Source: Stramenopiles sp. TOSAG23-6
Taxonomy: Eukaryota
Length of the DNA stretch: 60,587 bases
NCBI GenBank assembly: GCA_900128565.1
Contig: LT635916.1
Span: 1-60,587 of the forward strand
Reading direction: 5' to 3'
The notes under the pieces were generated by a model. The model was not told the origin of the DNA. It did not search any database and worked only from the letters and a program-made list of their open reading frames with translations. Positions 22,337 to 32,037 of the stretch are shown here, piece by piece. Each line of letters begins with the position of its first letter. The first letter of the stretch is position 1. Made by a program: the position numbers and the translations under genes.

Positions 22337-23137
22337 ATGCTAATCTTTGAAGATATTTTCCCTTTTATTGGTTTAGCTGTGTTTCTCTCCGGTTTTGTTT
22401 CTATTTTACACAGTTGCCTTTCATTTGCAAAAAGTGAGGACAACGTCTTTGCTCGATCAAGGAAGCAGAGAACCTTCAAGGGATACCTTGGTGGTGATAT
22501 CACTATATATCAAGCTTTCGATGGGTCTAGTTATGGCAGTTGTACTGGTGGTAGTGTTGGAGCATCTGTATGGAGATCTGCAGTCGTTCTTGGTCAATAT
22601 CTTCAGGCTAATTCAGAAAAACTCAATATAAAAGAGAAAGTGGTTCTTGAGTTGGGTTGTGGCACTGGCATTACTAGTATTATCGCATCACGATTAGGTG
22701 CCAAAGTATTTTGTACAGATGGGGATGAGCAATTATTGAAACTAACTAGGCGAAATATAGATAAAAATTTGTCTGCTGAAAAACGAGAGAGTTGCATTGT
22801 AAAGAAATTACACTGGGGAAGCACTGACGATGTTGCAAAAATAGAATCTTCAGTAGATCTCATTATTGCAGCAGATGTTATTTATCATCCATCAAATTTT
22901 CAATCTTTTGTATATACATTAGAAAGTATTGGTCAACGCAACGTTAATTTCACTGGAAGTAAATCTATAAAATTTATATTGGGCTATACAAAGAGATTTA
23001 CGAGTGACAAACTGTTTTTCGACATTTTACATAAAAGTTCATATTTATCTTCTCCGTGCCTTTTATTGGATGATAAAGATTCTGGCGTCAAAATATTTGA
23101 ATATACTATTTTTAATAAAACTCTCAAAAGAGGATAA
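22337..23137 (+). CDS. METTL21-family protein-lysine methyltransferase
   Basis: VGASVWRSAVVL, VLELGCGTG, TDG, LHWG, DLIIAADVIY; first ATG at 22337, start uncertain. Confidence 0.88.
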   Translation: MLIFEDIFPFIGLAVFLSGFVSILHSCLSFAKSEDNVFARSRKQRTFKGYLGGDITIYQAFDGSSYGSCTGGSVGASVWRSAVVLGQYLQANSEKLNIKEKVVLELGCGTGITSIIASRLGAKVFCTDGDEQLLKLTRRNIDKNLSAEKRESCIVKKLHWGSTDDVAKIESSVDLIIAADVIYHPSNFQSFVYTLESIGQRNVNFTGSKSIKFILGYTKRFTSDKLFFDILHKSSYLSSPCLLLDDKDSGVKIFEYTIFNKTLKRG

Positions 23138-23338
23138 ATTTAAAAAAAAAAAAAAAATAAAAATAAAAATAAAAATATAACCGTTATAAAACCGTTAACG
23201 TTTAGCCGCCGTGCGATCATATACTAGTAGCTAAGTTACAGTAGCTACTTGCACTATATACTGTATATTATATTGAGCTTCTTTACTGCGTTTTTCAATC
23301 TTTTCTTAAAGACTTTCTTTTCATAAAAGGCAATTACA

Positions 23339-25798
23339 ATGAGTGGTTCTAGGGGTTTTAGTTATAATATTAGTGGTACTGGTGCCGGTGAAAGTGATCC
23401 CTATGCTTTCGACATGGGCACAGACCTTGGGTTTGACTTTGGTAGTAAAGATAAGACGAAAAAGAAACAAAATAAAGGTAGGAAAAAACGGACCAAGTCC
23501 AAACGAAGTAAGCGTGATAGCAATAGAGATTCTCTTGGAAAAAATCGCTTTGCAAAAGATAGTCGAGGTAGTTCCAACTTTCTGACTGACGTCGACAAAC
23601 TGTTGGCATCTGCAAAGAACGGAGAAGACATTTTCAATAAAACCCCTACAAGAAAGTCACCACCAGCGAATACAAGAGACTCCCCGCAAGTGTCCCCTGC
23701 ATCTTCTGTGCCTAGAAATTGGGCTGAAGCTGAATCACAACTTGATTCGGGGGCAGAAAAATTAACAACAGAACCTTTTTCTCATTACGAAATGAGTAGT
23801 CGTTCACTTACAAGACCTGTCTCAAGTTACCGCAAAAATGATTTTAGTGGCTCATTTAGCAGCTACAGTAATTTGTCTAATCCAGATATATATAGAAATA
23901 ATGATGAAAATGAACATAAAGAACTTAATGAAGAGCAAGATAGTGATATCATGAAGAATTCTTTTGAAAATCGTGACAAGAATCGTTTTTCTGAGGTGCA
24001 AGATAACTTATCAGGGTCTTTATCATTTTCTCTTGATGATAATATAACAGGTAAAATAAAATCATCAAGGGTCAAGGATGAAGATACAAAAGCGACTGTG
24101 AGACACAATGCTGAAAATGACAATGAAGATAATAATTACGGTGAAACTACAAAAATGTACACAGATTTAATTAGTAGTAAACACAGTATTAATGATGATA
24201 TTGACGAAACGGGAAACACCATTGGATCAATTGCTTACTCAGTAGATGAAGATTTTGATAATGGTGAAAGCGAAAAATCTAAAGGTACAAATAGTGATAC
24301 TTCTCAATCTGATTCTGATGACAACTCTGCTTTAATTGCAGCAGCTGCTCGATTGAGAGAACTGGAAAATCAAGTCCATGGAGGTACTTTTCCTCAACCG
24401 AATACTATAGAATCAGAAGAGAGCGATAATGACTCGCATACTTCTAGATCCGATATAAACGACACAAATAAAGGCACTCCTGGCATCATTATACCATCTC
24501 CAAATACTACAGGTAATCGTTTTGTACAAGAAGTTGAAAATTCAGATCATTCTGTAGATTCTTATAGCAAAGAAGAAGATCGTGTTGCAAGTAAAATTGA
24601 AGAAATCACAGAAGAGGATAATAAATGGAACGAAAAGATTGAACATTTAAAAGAATCTGAACTAGCCCTACAAATGAAACATCAAAAGCATTGGGAAAGT
24701 AAAGTAATTCATCTGCAACAACAGTTTGCTAATGCAAAACATCTAGAACAAAAGAGAAGAACTAATGAAATCAACGCAATGATAAAACAAGAAGAAGATC
24801 GACTGGATAAATGGCATAAAGCAGAGACTATACGACACCGCGAACTACTTAATGTAATACGAATGGGAACAGACAGTTTAAGAGGAGGTAGTTCATTTGT
24901 TAACAGTATACCAGGTACTGGATTTACACTCACTCCTATTCGTGAAACACGAACAATTGCCTGCCAATGTTCTGGAGTAAGTGACGTTGGTATTCAATGT
25001 AAATTTCCATCCGAGGCTACATCAAATCAATTACGATATAGACAAGGATTTGGTGACTATTACGGAGGTAGTTATAATGAAATAGATGTTCGTAAATATG
25101 CACAACTTTTCCCCAGACCTCCTCCTGCACCAAACAATCCTCTTGGAAGTTATTTATCTCATAGAGGAGCACAGACTATACAAAATACAAATATGGAAAA
25201 GGTGTTAAATTCAAAGTCAAAGAACAAATCAGTGAAAACACATAGAGAAAAATTACAAGTTCAGTTTCAGAACATTGCTTCAGATGATGAAGATGATTAT
25301 GCTGATGAAACATTTGAAGATATATCACAAATATATGAGAATGATGAGGCTGGAGATAAAACTAATGAAACAGAGAGGAGTAAAGTAGAAATATTAGATT
25401 CTAACCAATCGAATACCGAACCTAAAAGTTTAGAAAAACCTGCAAAAAACGAGAATTCAAATACTGCTGTTCTTGATTTACTTGCAGAAGCATTAGGTAT
25501 TTCAAGCAAATCAGGGAAAGAACGAAAAGTCAATATATCAAATATTTCTGTATTTGAAAAAGTAGCACTAGCATTACGAACAAAGAATCTAACCAAATCA
25601 AACAGCGTAACACCCCAACCAAACCCAAACCATCTTGAAATATTCCCACCAAATACTCCTGATGCTGCTCTACGCCGATTTCATACATCTTTGGCTTTAA
25701 CAAATCGTATACATCAACAGAATCTAGCAGCACTTCGATTTGACATTGATAAATCACATGAACAACAAATTTCAAAGAGACGTATTTATGGTCTATAG
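23339..25798 (+). CDS. Low-complexity, acidic, partly coiled-coil hypothetical protein
   Basis: 819-aa uninterrupted ORF; no recognised domain. Confidence 0.75.
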   Translation: MSGSRGFSYNISGTGAGESDPYAFDMGTDLGFDFGSKDKTKKKQNKGRKKRTKSKRSKRDSNRDSLGKNRFAKDSRGSSNFLTDVDKLLASAKNGEDIFNKTPTRKSPPANTRDSPQVSPASSVPRNWAEAESQLDSGAEKLTTEPFSHYEMSSRSLTRPVSSYRKNDFSGSFSSYSNLSNPDIYRNNDENEHKELNEEQDSDIMKNSFENRDKNRFSEVQDNLSGSLSFSLDDNITGKIKSSRVKDEDTKATVRHNAENDNEDNNYGETTKMYTDLISSKHSINDDIDETGNTIGSIAYSVDEDFDNGESEKSKGTNSDTSQSDSDDNSALIAAAARLRELENQVHGGTFPQPNTIESEESDNDSHTSRSDINDTNKGTPGIIIPSPNTTGNRFVQEVENSDHSVDSYSKEEDRVASKIEEITEEDNKWNEKIEHLKESELALQMKHQKHWESKVIHLQQQFANAKHLEQKRRTNEINAMIKQEEDRLDKWHKAETIRHRELLNVIRMGTDSLRGGSSFVNSIPGTGFTLTPIRETRTIACQCSGVSDVGIQCKFPSEATSNQLRYRQGFGDYYGGSYNEIDVRKYAQLFPRPPPAPNNPLGSYLSHRGAQTIQNTNMEKVLNSKSKNKSVKTHREKLQVQFQNIASDDEDDYADETFEDISQIYENDEAGDKTNETERSKVEILDSNQSNTEPKSLEKPAKNENSNTAVLDLLAEALGISSKSGKERKVNISNISVFEKVALALRTKNLTKSNSVTPQPNPNHLEIFPPNTPDAALRRFHTSLALTNRIHQQNLAALRFDIDKSHEQQISKRRIYGL

Positions 25799-25820
25799 AA
25801 TAATAATAGTAACTATGGTT

Positions 25821-26657
25821 TTAATTAGATGATTGTGCCATATTTTTAGCGTTAAGTCTTCTTGTTATACATAAAGTATCATTATCATCTTTACATCTTT
25901 TACACTTACTATCATTTGGATTACATTCCCAGTAAGGCACAAAAGCACCAGACCGTTTTCGAGCTTCACTGCTCTTTCTATTGACACAAATGCAACGAAT
26001 ATTTGTGCGATTTTTATCATGAAAGTCTAAATAAGTGTACTCCCTTGGAACATGCGTTTCATCACACCAAACCGTTGATCCATCAACTGCAGTCCACTGG
26101 CTATTACACCTTGGATATTTTATAGTATCAGCTTCTGAAAGTTTCTCATTTTCTTCCCTTTGTTCAATTCTTTTATTTACTATTCTCAATTCTTCTGTAG
26201 GCCGTCCTGAATCATCATAATATCGACCAACTAGCACACCCTTAAATGTGTATTTTTCATGATTTTCATAAAAAGATTTCCAATCAACGACTCCCTTTAA
26301 CTCTCCAGAACTCAGAGTGGTGACATCGTCAGTTAAATTGTCCCCTTCAAAAATACCAGTTGCGAATGACGCAGATATATCACACCCACTAAAGCACGCA
26401 TACCCACCATTTTTACCATAATATTCCCTGCCTTTAGTCACATCGTATACTCGGCCTAGCACAGCAAGATAAATTTCATCTGGATTATTGGGTCCAAACT
26501 TTGAGAGCTCATTAACTGTAAATATTCTATTAATTGTCTCCGTTTCCACAAGAGGAGAAGAAGAGCCAGGAATATTGAGGTCATTTGTAAAAAAGATACC
26601 GATAGCCAGAGCAACTAATGCTACTAATATCATGGTCAGGATAGAAATATAATTCAT
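25821..26657 (-). CDS. CYB5D2: Neuferricin-like MAPR/cytochrome b5-like heme-binding protein
   Basis: N-terminal hydrophobic segment, YLAVLGRVYDVTKGREYYG, DISASFATG, GVLVGRYYD, YPRCNSQW...VWC. Confidence 0.85.
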   Translation of the reverse strand: MNYISILTMILVALVALAIGIFFTNDLNIPGSSSPLVETETINRIFTVNELSKFGPNNPDEIYLAVLGRVYDVTKGREYYGKNGGYACFSGCDISASFATGIFEGDNLTDDVTTLSSGELKGVVDWKSFYENHEKYTFKGVLVGRYYDDSGRPTEELRIVNKRIEQREENEKLSEADTIKYPRCNSQWTAVDGSTVWCDETHVPREYTYLDFHDKNRTNIRCICVNRKSSEARKRSGAFVPYWECNPNDSKCKRCKDDNDTLCITRRLNAKNMAQSSN

Positions 26658-26924
26658 TCTATTTCGTGATTATGGCTGTGAATCATAATACTATTGGATT
26701 GATTTTGTTTGGGAGAGAGTGTTTAATCATTTAATGGTTGATGTCAACAAGCCGACTAATAGCAAATCTGAATTTGACACGTGTTTGACATCATTCTAGA
26801 AAAAAATGTAGCCTAACTTGCTATACGATACGTAGTGTGTCTGTCAGACTCTGTCTACTATCCAGTTGATGTAATTGTACAAGTACTAGCATCTTGTTTG
26901 AAAAGAATACAATAATAGCTAATA

Positions 26925-28447
26925 ATGAGCAAGAAAAATATTGCGGTTATTGGAGGTGGTATTAGTGGATGCGTTTCTGCTGCTTTTCTTCGAATGAGTG
27001 GTCACAATGTCACAATATTTGAAAGTAATGCTTTCTTGGGTGGAAGAGCTATAACCCTTCAAACAAATTCTTTGGAAGCTAGTACAGAGAGTTGTTCATC
27101 AATATCGAATATTGATTTGGGTGCACAGTTTATTACGGTAACAGATCCACGCTTCAGGGTTTTCATTAATTCTCCTATAATGCAAGGGATACTTCAGCCA
27201 TGGAGTCAGAATTTTTCAGTTATTGGTTGTACCCCAGGTCATAGTGCAGTTTTACAACGAGACATTGCTCTCCAAAATTTCAAACTAGATGTTGCAAAAG
27301 AGTATAGCAATGATGAAGTTCAGCTGCAGCGTAATGCTCCAATGAATTTTTGTGGTTTTTTAGAATGTGAAAGAAAGGCAAAAAGTGTAGAGGAATCTAG
27401 AACAATCTATACTGGCCGTGATGGTGTTGGAAGTTTCTGTTATGACTTACTCAAACGAACAGGTGTTCATGATATTGTTAGTGATGCATATGTGAAATCT
27501 GTTGATTTTCAACAGTCTAGTCTGTCATGGTCTGTCATTACAGAAGAAAACAAATCAAATTCAAATTTTACAAAGTTAACTTGTGATAGAGAAAACTCTC
27601 ATGGTCCTTTTGACTTTTGTATTTTAGCCAATAATGATGCAAAGTTTGCTGCTGATACGATTGACAAGTTAATGTGTGATACAACAGATCATGAAATGCG
27701 TGATACACAAGTTCGTGAAATTATCAACGATTTCACTTTGAAACTTCGAGAATTGGAAAAGACAAATGTAAACTGTATGTTTTATTTTTTTTCAATTTCA
27801 ATTTTGTTTTCGTACGAAGTTTTGTACCTAACGGGTTTTTTTTTGAAATATTTTTCCAAAATACATGTTATTCACTTGTTGTTAAATTTGAAACTTTTTT
27901 AGATGTTCCATTTGATGCTGCTTCGCTTCAGGGTTCTTTAGCACTTTCATTTCTCTCTCGAGATTCATCCAAACCAGGTAAATATAATACATATGAAGGA
28001 TCTACAAATGTTGAAGAAGAATTCTGGGTTGTACAATCAACTCCTGAGTTTGCTGCTTGGATAGATTCATTTTTTCCCGACATTGAAATGGAAAAATCTC
28101 AAACTATCAAACTACAAAAAGCTGAAAAAGAATTATGGTCAGAATTTAAGCGTGTAATTGAACCAATTTTGAGAAAAGAAGCAACAAAATCGGATGGTTT
28201 TGACAATAAGATTAATTTCCCCAAACATTGTTTTGTTGAAACAAAAAGATGGGAAAAAGCATTCTTTGAAACACCAATGAAATTAAATGAAAATGATCAA
28301 AATAATAATGATGCTGTAACATTTAAACCATGGTGTCTTGCACTGGCGGCTGATTATTTAGGGGAAATACAATGTATACAGAGTGCGGCCCTCAGTGGTC
28401 TTATGTCGGCTGATAGAATAAATCAATGGATATCCTTAAATAAATAG
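26925..28447 (+). CDS. Renalase-like FAD-dependent oxidoreductase; exons 26925-27774 and 27867-28447
   Basis: IAVIGGGISG, DLGAQFIT; after removing 27775-27866: CYSLVVKFETFLDVPFDAA, RDSSKPG, WVVQSTPEFA, then continuous with ORF 28088-28447 (ADYL...AALSG). Confidence 0.88.
27775..27866 (+). mobile_element. 92-nt repeated non-canonical GT-AT intron-like element, copy 3
   Basis: GTATGTTTTAT...TTCGTACGAAGTTTTGTACCTAAC...TTTGAAATATTTTTCCAAAATACAT; removal corrects the frameshift (AAC T|GT TAT). Confidence 0.85.
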
Positions 28448-28486
28448 AACTAATTATTTATAAGAAAAAATATTAAGGTACTTTCT

Positions 28487-31400
28487 CTATTTAGTAACTT
28501 GCTTACTTTCCTGTGATTTCATATAATTTCGTGTAGCGGTTGATACGCGATATCTTTGGGCAGTTGTGAGTCTAGTAGGAATATTGCACTCATCAACTTC
28601 TCTTGCAACAACAGATAAAACTTCCTGTGGTAGAAGGAGTTTATTCAAATGTACTTCATATAAGTTGTGTTTGGCATTTCGTTTAGCTTGTCGCTCTTCA
28701 GCTTCATTTGATGGGACAGCAAGGCAAGCCCAACTACCATTTAAATGTCGACTTTTAATCGATTTAAGTCCAGTAATCATAAACACACAACTAGCTGTGG
28801 GCTTTTGGTGTATCCCACAGAAATCGGTGGTAACAAGTCCCATCTTCGGTTGGTTTTCATCAAGCAATTGCCGTTTTGAACAATTTGGATTCTTACAAAA
28901 TTCTGTCTTGGTAAATGATTTAAACTTAGAACTGTTCTGTTTAACTTTGACTTCTTTAAGACCAAGCTTTTTTCGTAAATACTTTGCTGCGTTAACCATG
29001 ACACCTTTAGTGGAGGATATGGAATATCGAAGTTGCTTGTAATGTGCGGATGGAAAACGTGCGTGGAGTTCACGCACGTAATCTCTTAGGTCGTTTGCTG
29101 TTGTTTGTGAATCCTTCAAACCTCCTTTATCTTGCAAAGTCATTGCCCACTTTTGTGTCTTGAGTTCCTCCATTCTTCCCAAATCTTTAGTAGCACCAAC
29201 TGCAAGCTTTATTAAATTTTTTCGCGACACTAAAACTCTACGTGTATCTCCACTTAAAAGCCGCACAATCCATGTTCGCTTAGGATCGTTTGGATTGTAT
29301 GTTTTTGGTCGCCGTTTCATAGGGATTCCAGCAGATGTGGTATAAGATTCTAATGGACGAGCATCAAATAATTCCAATGCAACGACCCATTCGTTCTCCA
29401 GTGTTGCATAACTTCGGCCGACATTGTTTATTTTTAGTGTATCGCCTTTCAATGGAATCCTTGTTTGACCATTCAATTCATTAGACCTAGTTGAAAGTCC
29501 TCTTTGGGTTTTACGCTTATAACTTACACGTTTCTTTTTACCTTTATGCTGAGCGAATTGAACACTGTCGTTGTCGTCTTCATCTTTATCAGGTGTTTCA
29601 TTTTCTAAAAGTATTTTATTTTCAGCAACATTTTCTTCCCTTTCACCAACATCTAATAAAACATTAAATGTGTTGTTACTATTTTCTCCATCAATAACAC
29701 CTTTAAACCAAGTTTTTTTCCCCCGTAACAAAAACATCTTTNTCTGAGAACNTGTNCGCGCACACTATTTCGAAGAATCGGATATTTCAGGTTTTCACAA
29801 AACAGGTTTATCACTGTCTCTTCTTCCTGTCCTATCAAAGATTCAATTTCTACACCAAAACTTCCATCATTATTAAAACGAACAATACGACCGCTTTCAA
29901 ATATTCTCAGATCAGGGGGTGCTTTTGGAATACCAATCTCAGATGCTTTCGTTTTAATATTATTGTTCTCAACATCCACTTTTTCATCTTTATCTTTTGT
30001 TTTATTTGTATTTTCTTCGCCACTTTCATCTTCATCTTCTGTGTAATCGCTATCAGATTCACTGTCTTTTGATTCAGTCGTAGGGTCGCCTGGGACAATT
30101 TTTTTCTCTTGCGTAGCCAAAACTCGAGCTCCTATAACATAATAAGGATCACCTTTGAACTTATTCCATAGAGGGTCGGGGTCTGTGACATCGTAAACAT
30201 CATTCTTTTTCCCTCGATCTTTCGCTTTTGGCCATCTATATCGGACCAATTGACCTCGCCTGAGGGGCATTTGAACAGCAGTGCGCATGTTCTTTCCATG
30301 GAGCCAGAAATAATCCCATGGACCACCCCCTTTACTAATTTCTAACTTGTAGAGCTTATGCTCTGTTCCATTAATTAGTACAGCCTTTGGTACGTTTTTA
30401 TCTCCATCATTTTCATCCGGAGCACCATGTATTGCCACATGTAGCAATTGATCAAGTAATTTATTGTTACTCCGGATTTCGCGTAGATCTGACCTTAGTT
30501 TTGGCGTAGCTCCAATGAGTTTTAATTCACTATATGACATTCGGAGCTTGGCCATTTGTATTTTTTCAACTTCGTCTAATGCCCTTTGTTCTTGCTGTCG
30601 AACTATTGCTGTAGCTGGTCTCGCAGGTCGAGCACTATCCCACTCTTGTGTACCGCCATATTTTTCTACAAAATAANATTTTGAGAATGGTGCTTGGGAA
30701 TCGGCAATGTCGTCATTTTTTTCTTCGCGAANAAAGTCATATCGCAACTCTGCTCCATTTAGAACTCGCTCTAATTCCATTTTAGCTGATTTGACGTCCA
30801 ACGCACTTTCTCTCAAAGCAGCAGTAAGTTGAGCAGCTCGTAGCTTCACTTGCTTTGTTTGTGTTAACCCTTTCAAAGTAATTGCGTCTGGTCTCCGACC
30901 CCATCGATCTTCTAAAAGTGTTGCTTGGGGAAATCTATTGAGCAATTCATTTACTACATTCGTTCTTCCCCAATAAACGGCAAGATGAAGAGGCGTTGAA
31001 TTATCATTTGTCCTGGCATCACATTTTGCCCCTGAATTTAATAGTAACCGTAATGATTCAAGGCATCCAGAAAATGCAGCAGCGTGAAGAGGTGTCCAAC
31101 CACTTTTGTCACAAATACTAATGGAAGCTTTTGAGTCTGGATCGACATATGCATTTCCTGATGAAAGAAGTTTTCTAACAATAACATGATGACGGGCTTG
31201 TGCTGCCCAATGTAAAGCAGTTCGACCATGGTAATCACAACTATTTATAGGAACTCCTTCTTTCAGCATCGCCTCAACACTTTCGAGGTCACCAAACCGT
31301 GCAGACCTTACAAAGTCAAAGGCACGTTGGTCTTTTTCTGAAATTGCAAAGATAGCTTTGTGTGGTTCTGCGTGCATCATCCTATTTGATTCAACACTAT

Positions 31401-31779
31401 ACTGCTCATGCTTACTTTTACTGGCTAGTATAAAAGATGTCCTGCGGTTGGAGCTTTTGCGGCTATTTTTAGAGTGTTTTGTTGAAGTTTTTATTGGTTT
31501 TCTGACTTGTCCTCGTTCACTTGGTTGAATATTTGGGCATAACTCCAAAACTAATTTTTGAGCTGATCGTTCACTATCACTTGGATCCGCCATTTTCAGT
31601 GCAAGTTGTAAAACTTCAGTGCTTACATGGGGATACTGCTTTTGAAGTAGTTGAAATGGGTTTAATTTCGGAGCCCTACGAGACTGAGAATGAACTAGTG
31701 TAGATCGTGAACCTAAAACTAATGTAGATATGCCAGGAAGGCTCCCTTTTGCGTTGGAGTACTTTCCATTACGGCCCAT
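28487..31779 (-). CDS. Ankyrin-repeat protein with CUE-like and Tudor-like segments; probably one gene split by ambiguous bases
   Basis: Ankyrin motifs GRTALHWAA, GWTPLHAAA, STPLHLAV; the frameshift between ORFs 29653-31779 and 28487-29737 coincides with N calls at ~29743-29756; Tudor-like RGKKTWFKGVI...TFNVLLDVGEREENV follows the junction. Confidence 0.75.
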
Positions 31780-32037
31780 GGTGCTGCTTAAAATAAACTA
31801 AATATCTCAAACTATATTACAATCTTACAATCATATAGAATGAATTTATTACCCTGAATCATGTCTTTCCCCATGAACATATTGATTTTATTGGGTTTTG
31901 AATACTTGGAGTAAGTTATAGTGTTGTATGATAAGAAATATTCAATATAATATATTCAGCATGAAACTGTCAAACTTGTCACTCAAAAGTGATCTGCCAC
32001 TTTTTGATAGAGTGTCTCGTGAGACTCCTCTCTCCCA

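Noticed and set aside
19128-23137. Enzyme-substrate linkage of the METTL21-like gene and the CDC48-family ATPase
   Set aside because: The ATPase is not VCP itself, the subfamily cannot be assigned by eye, and proximity is weak evidence in eukaryotes.
1860-26657. Sterol gene cluster (CYP51, GMC oxidase, MAPR protein)
   Set aside because: Neuferricin is about 22 kb away among unrelated genes and the GMC substrate is unknown.
29653-29760. Programmed frameshift or pseudogene in the ankyrin/Tudor gene
   Set aside because: The break coincides with several N bases, so a sequence error is the simpler explanation.
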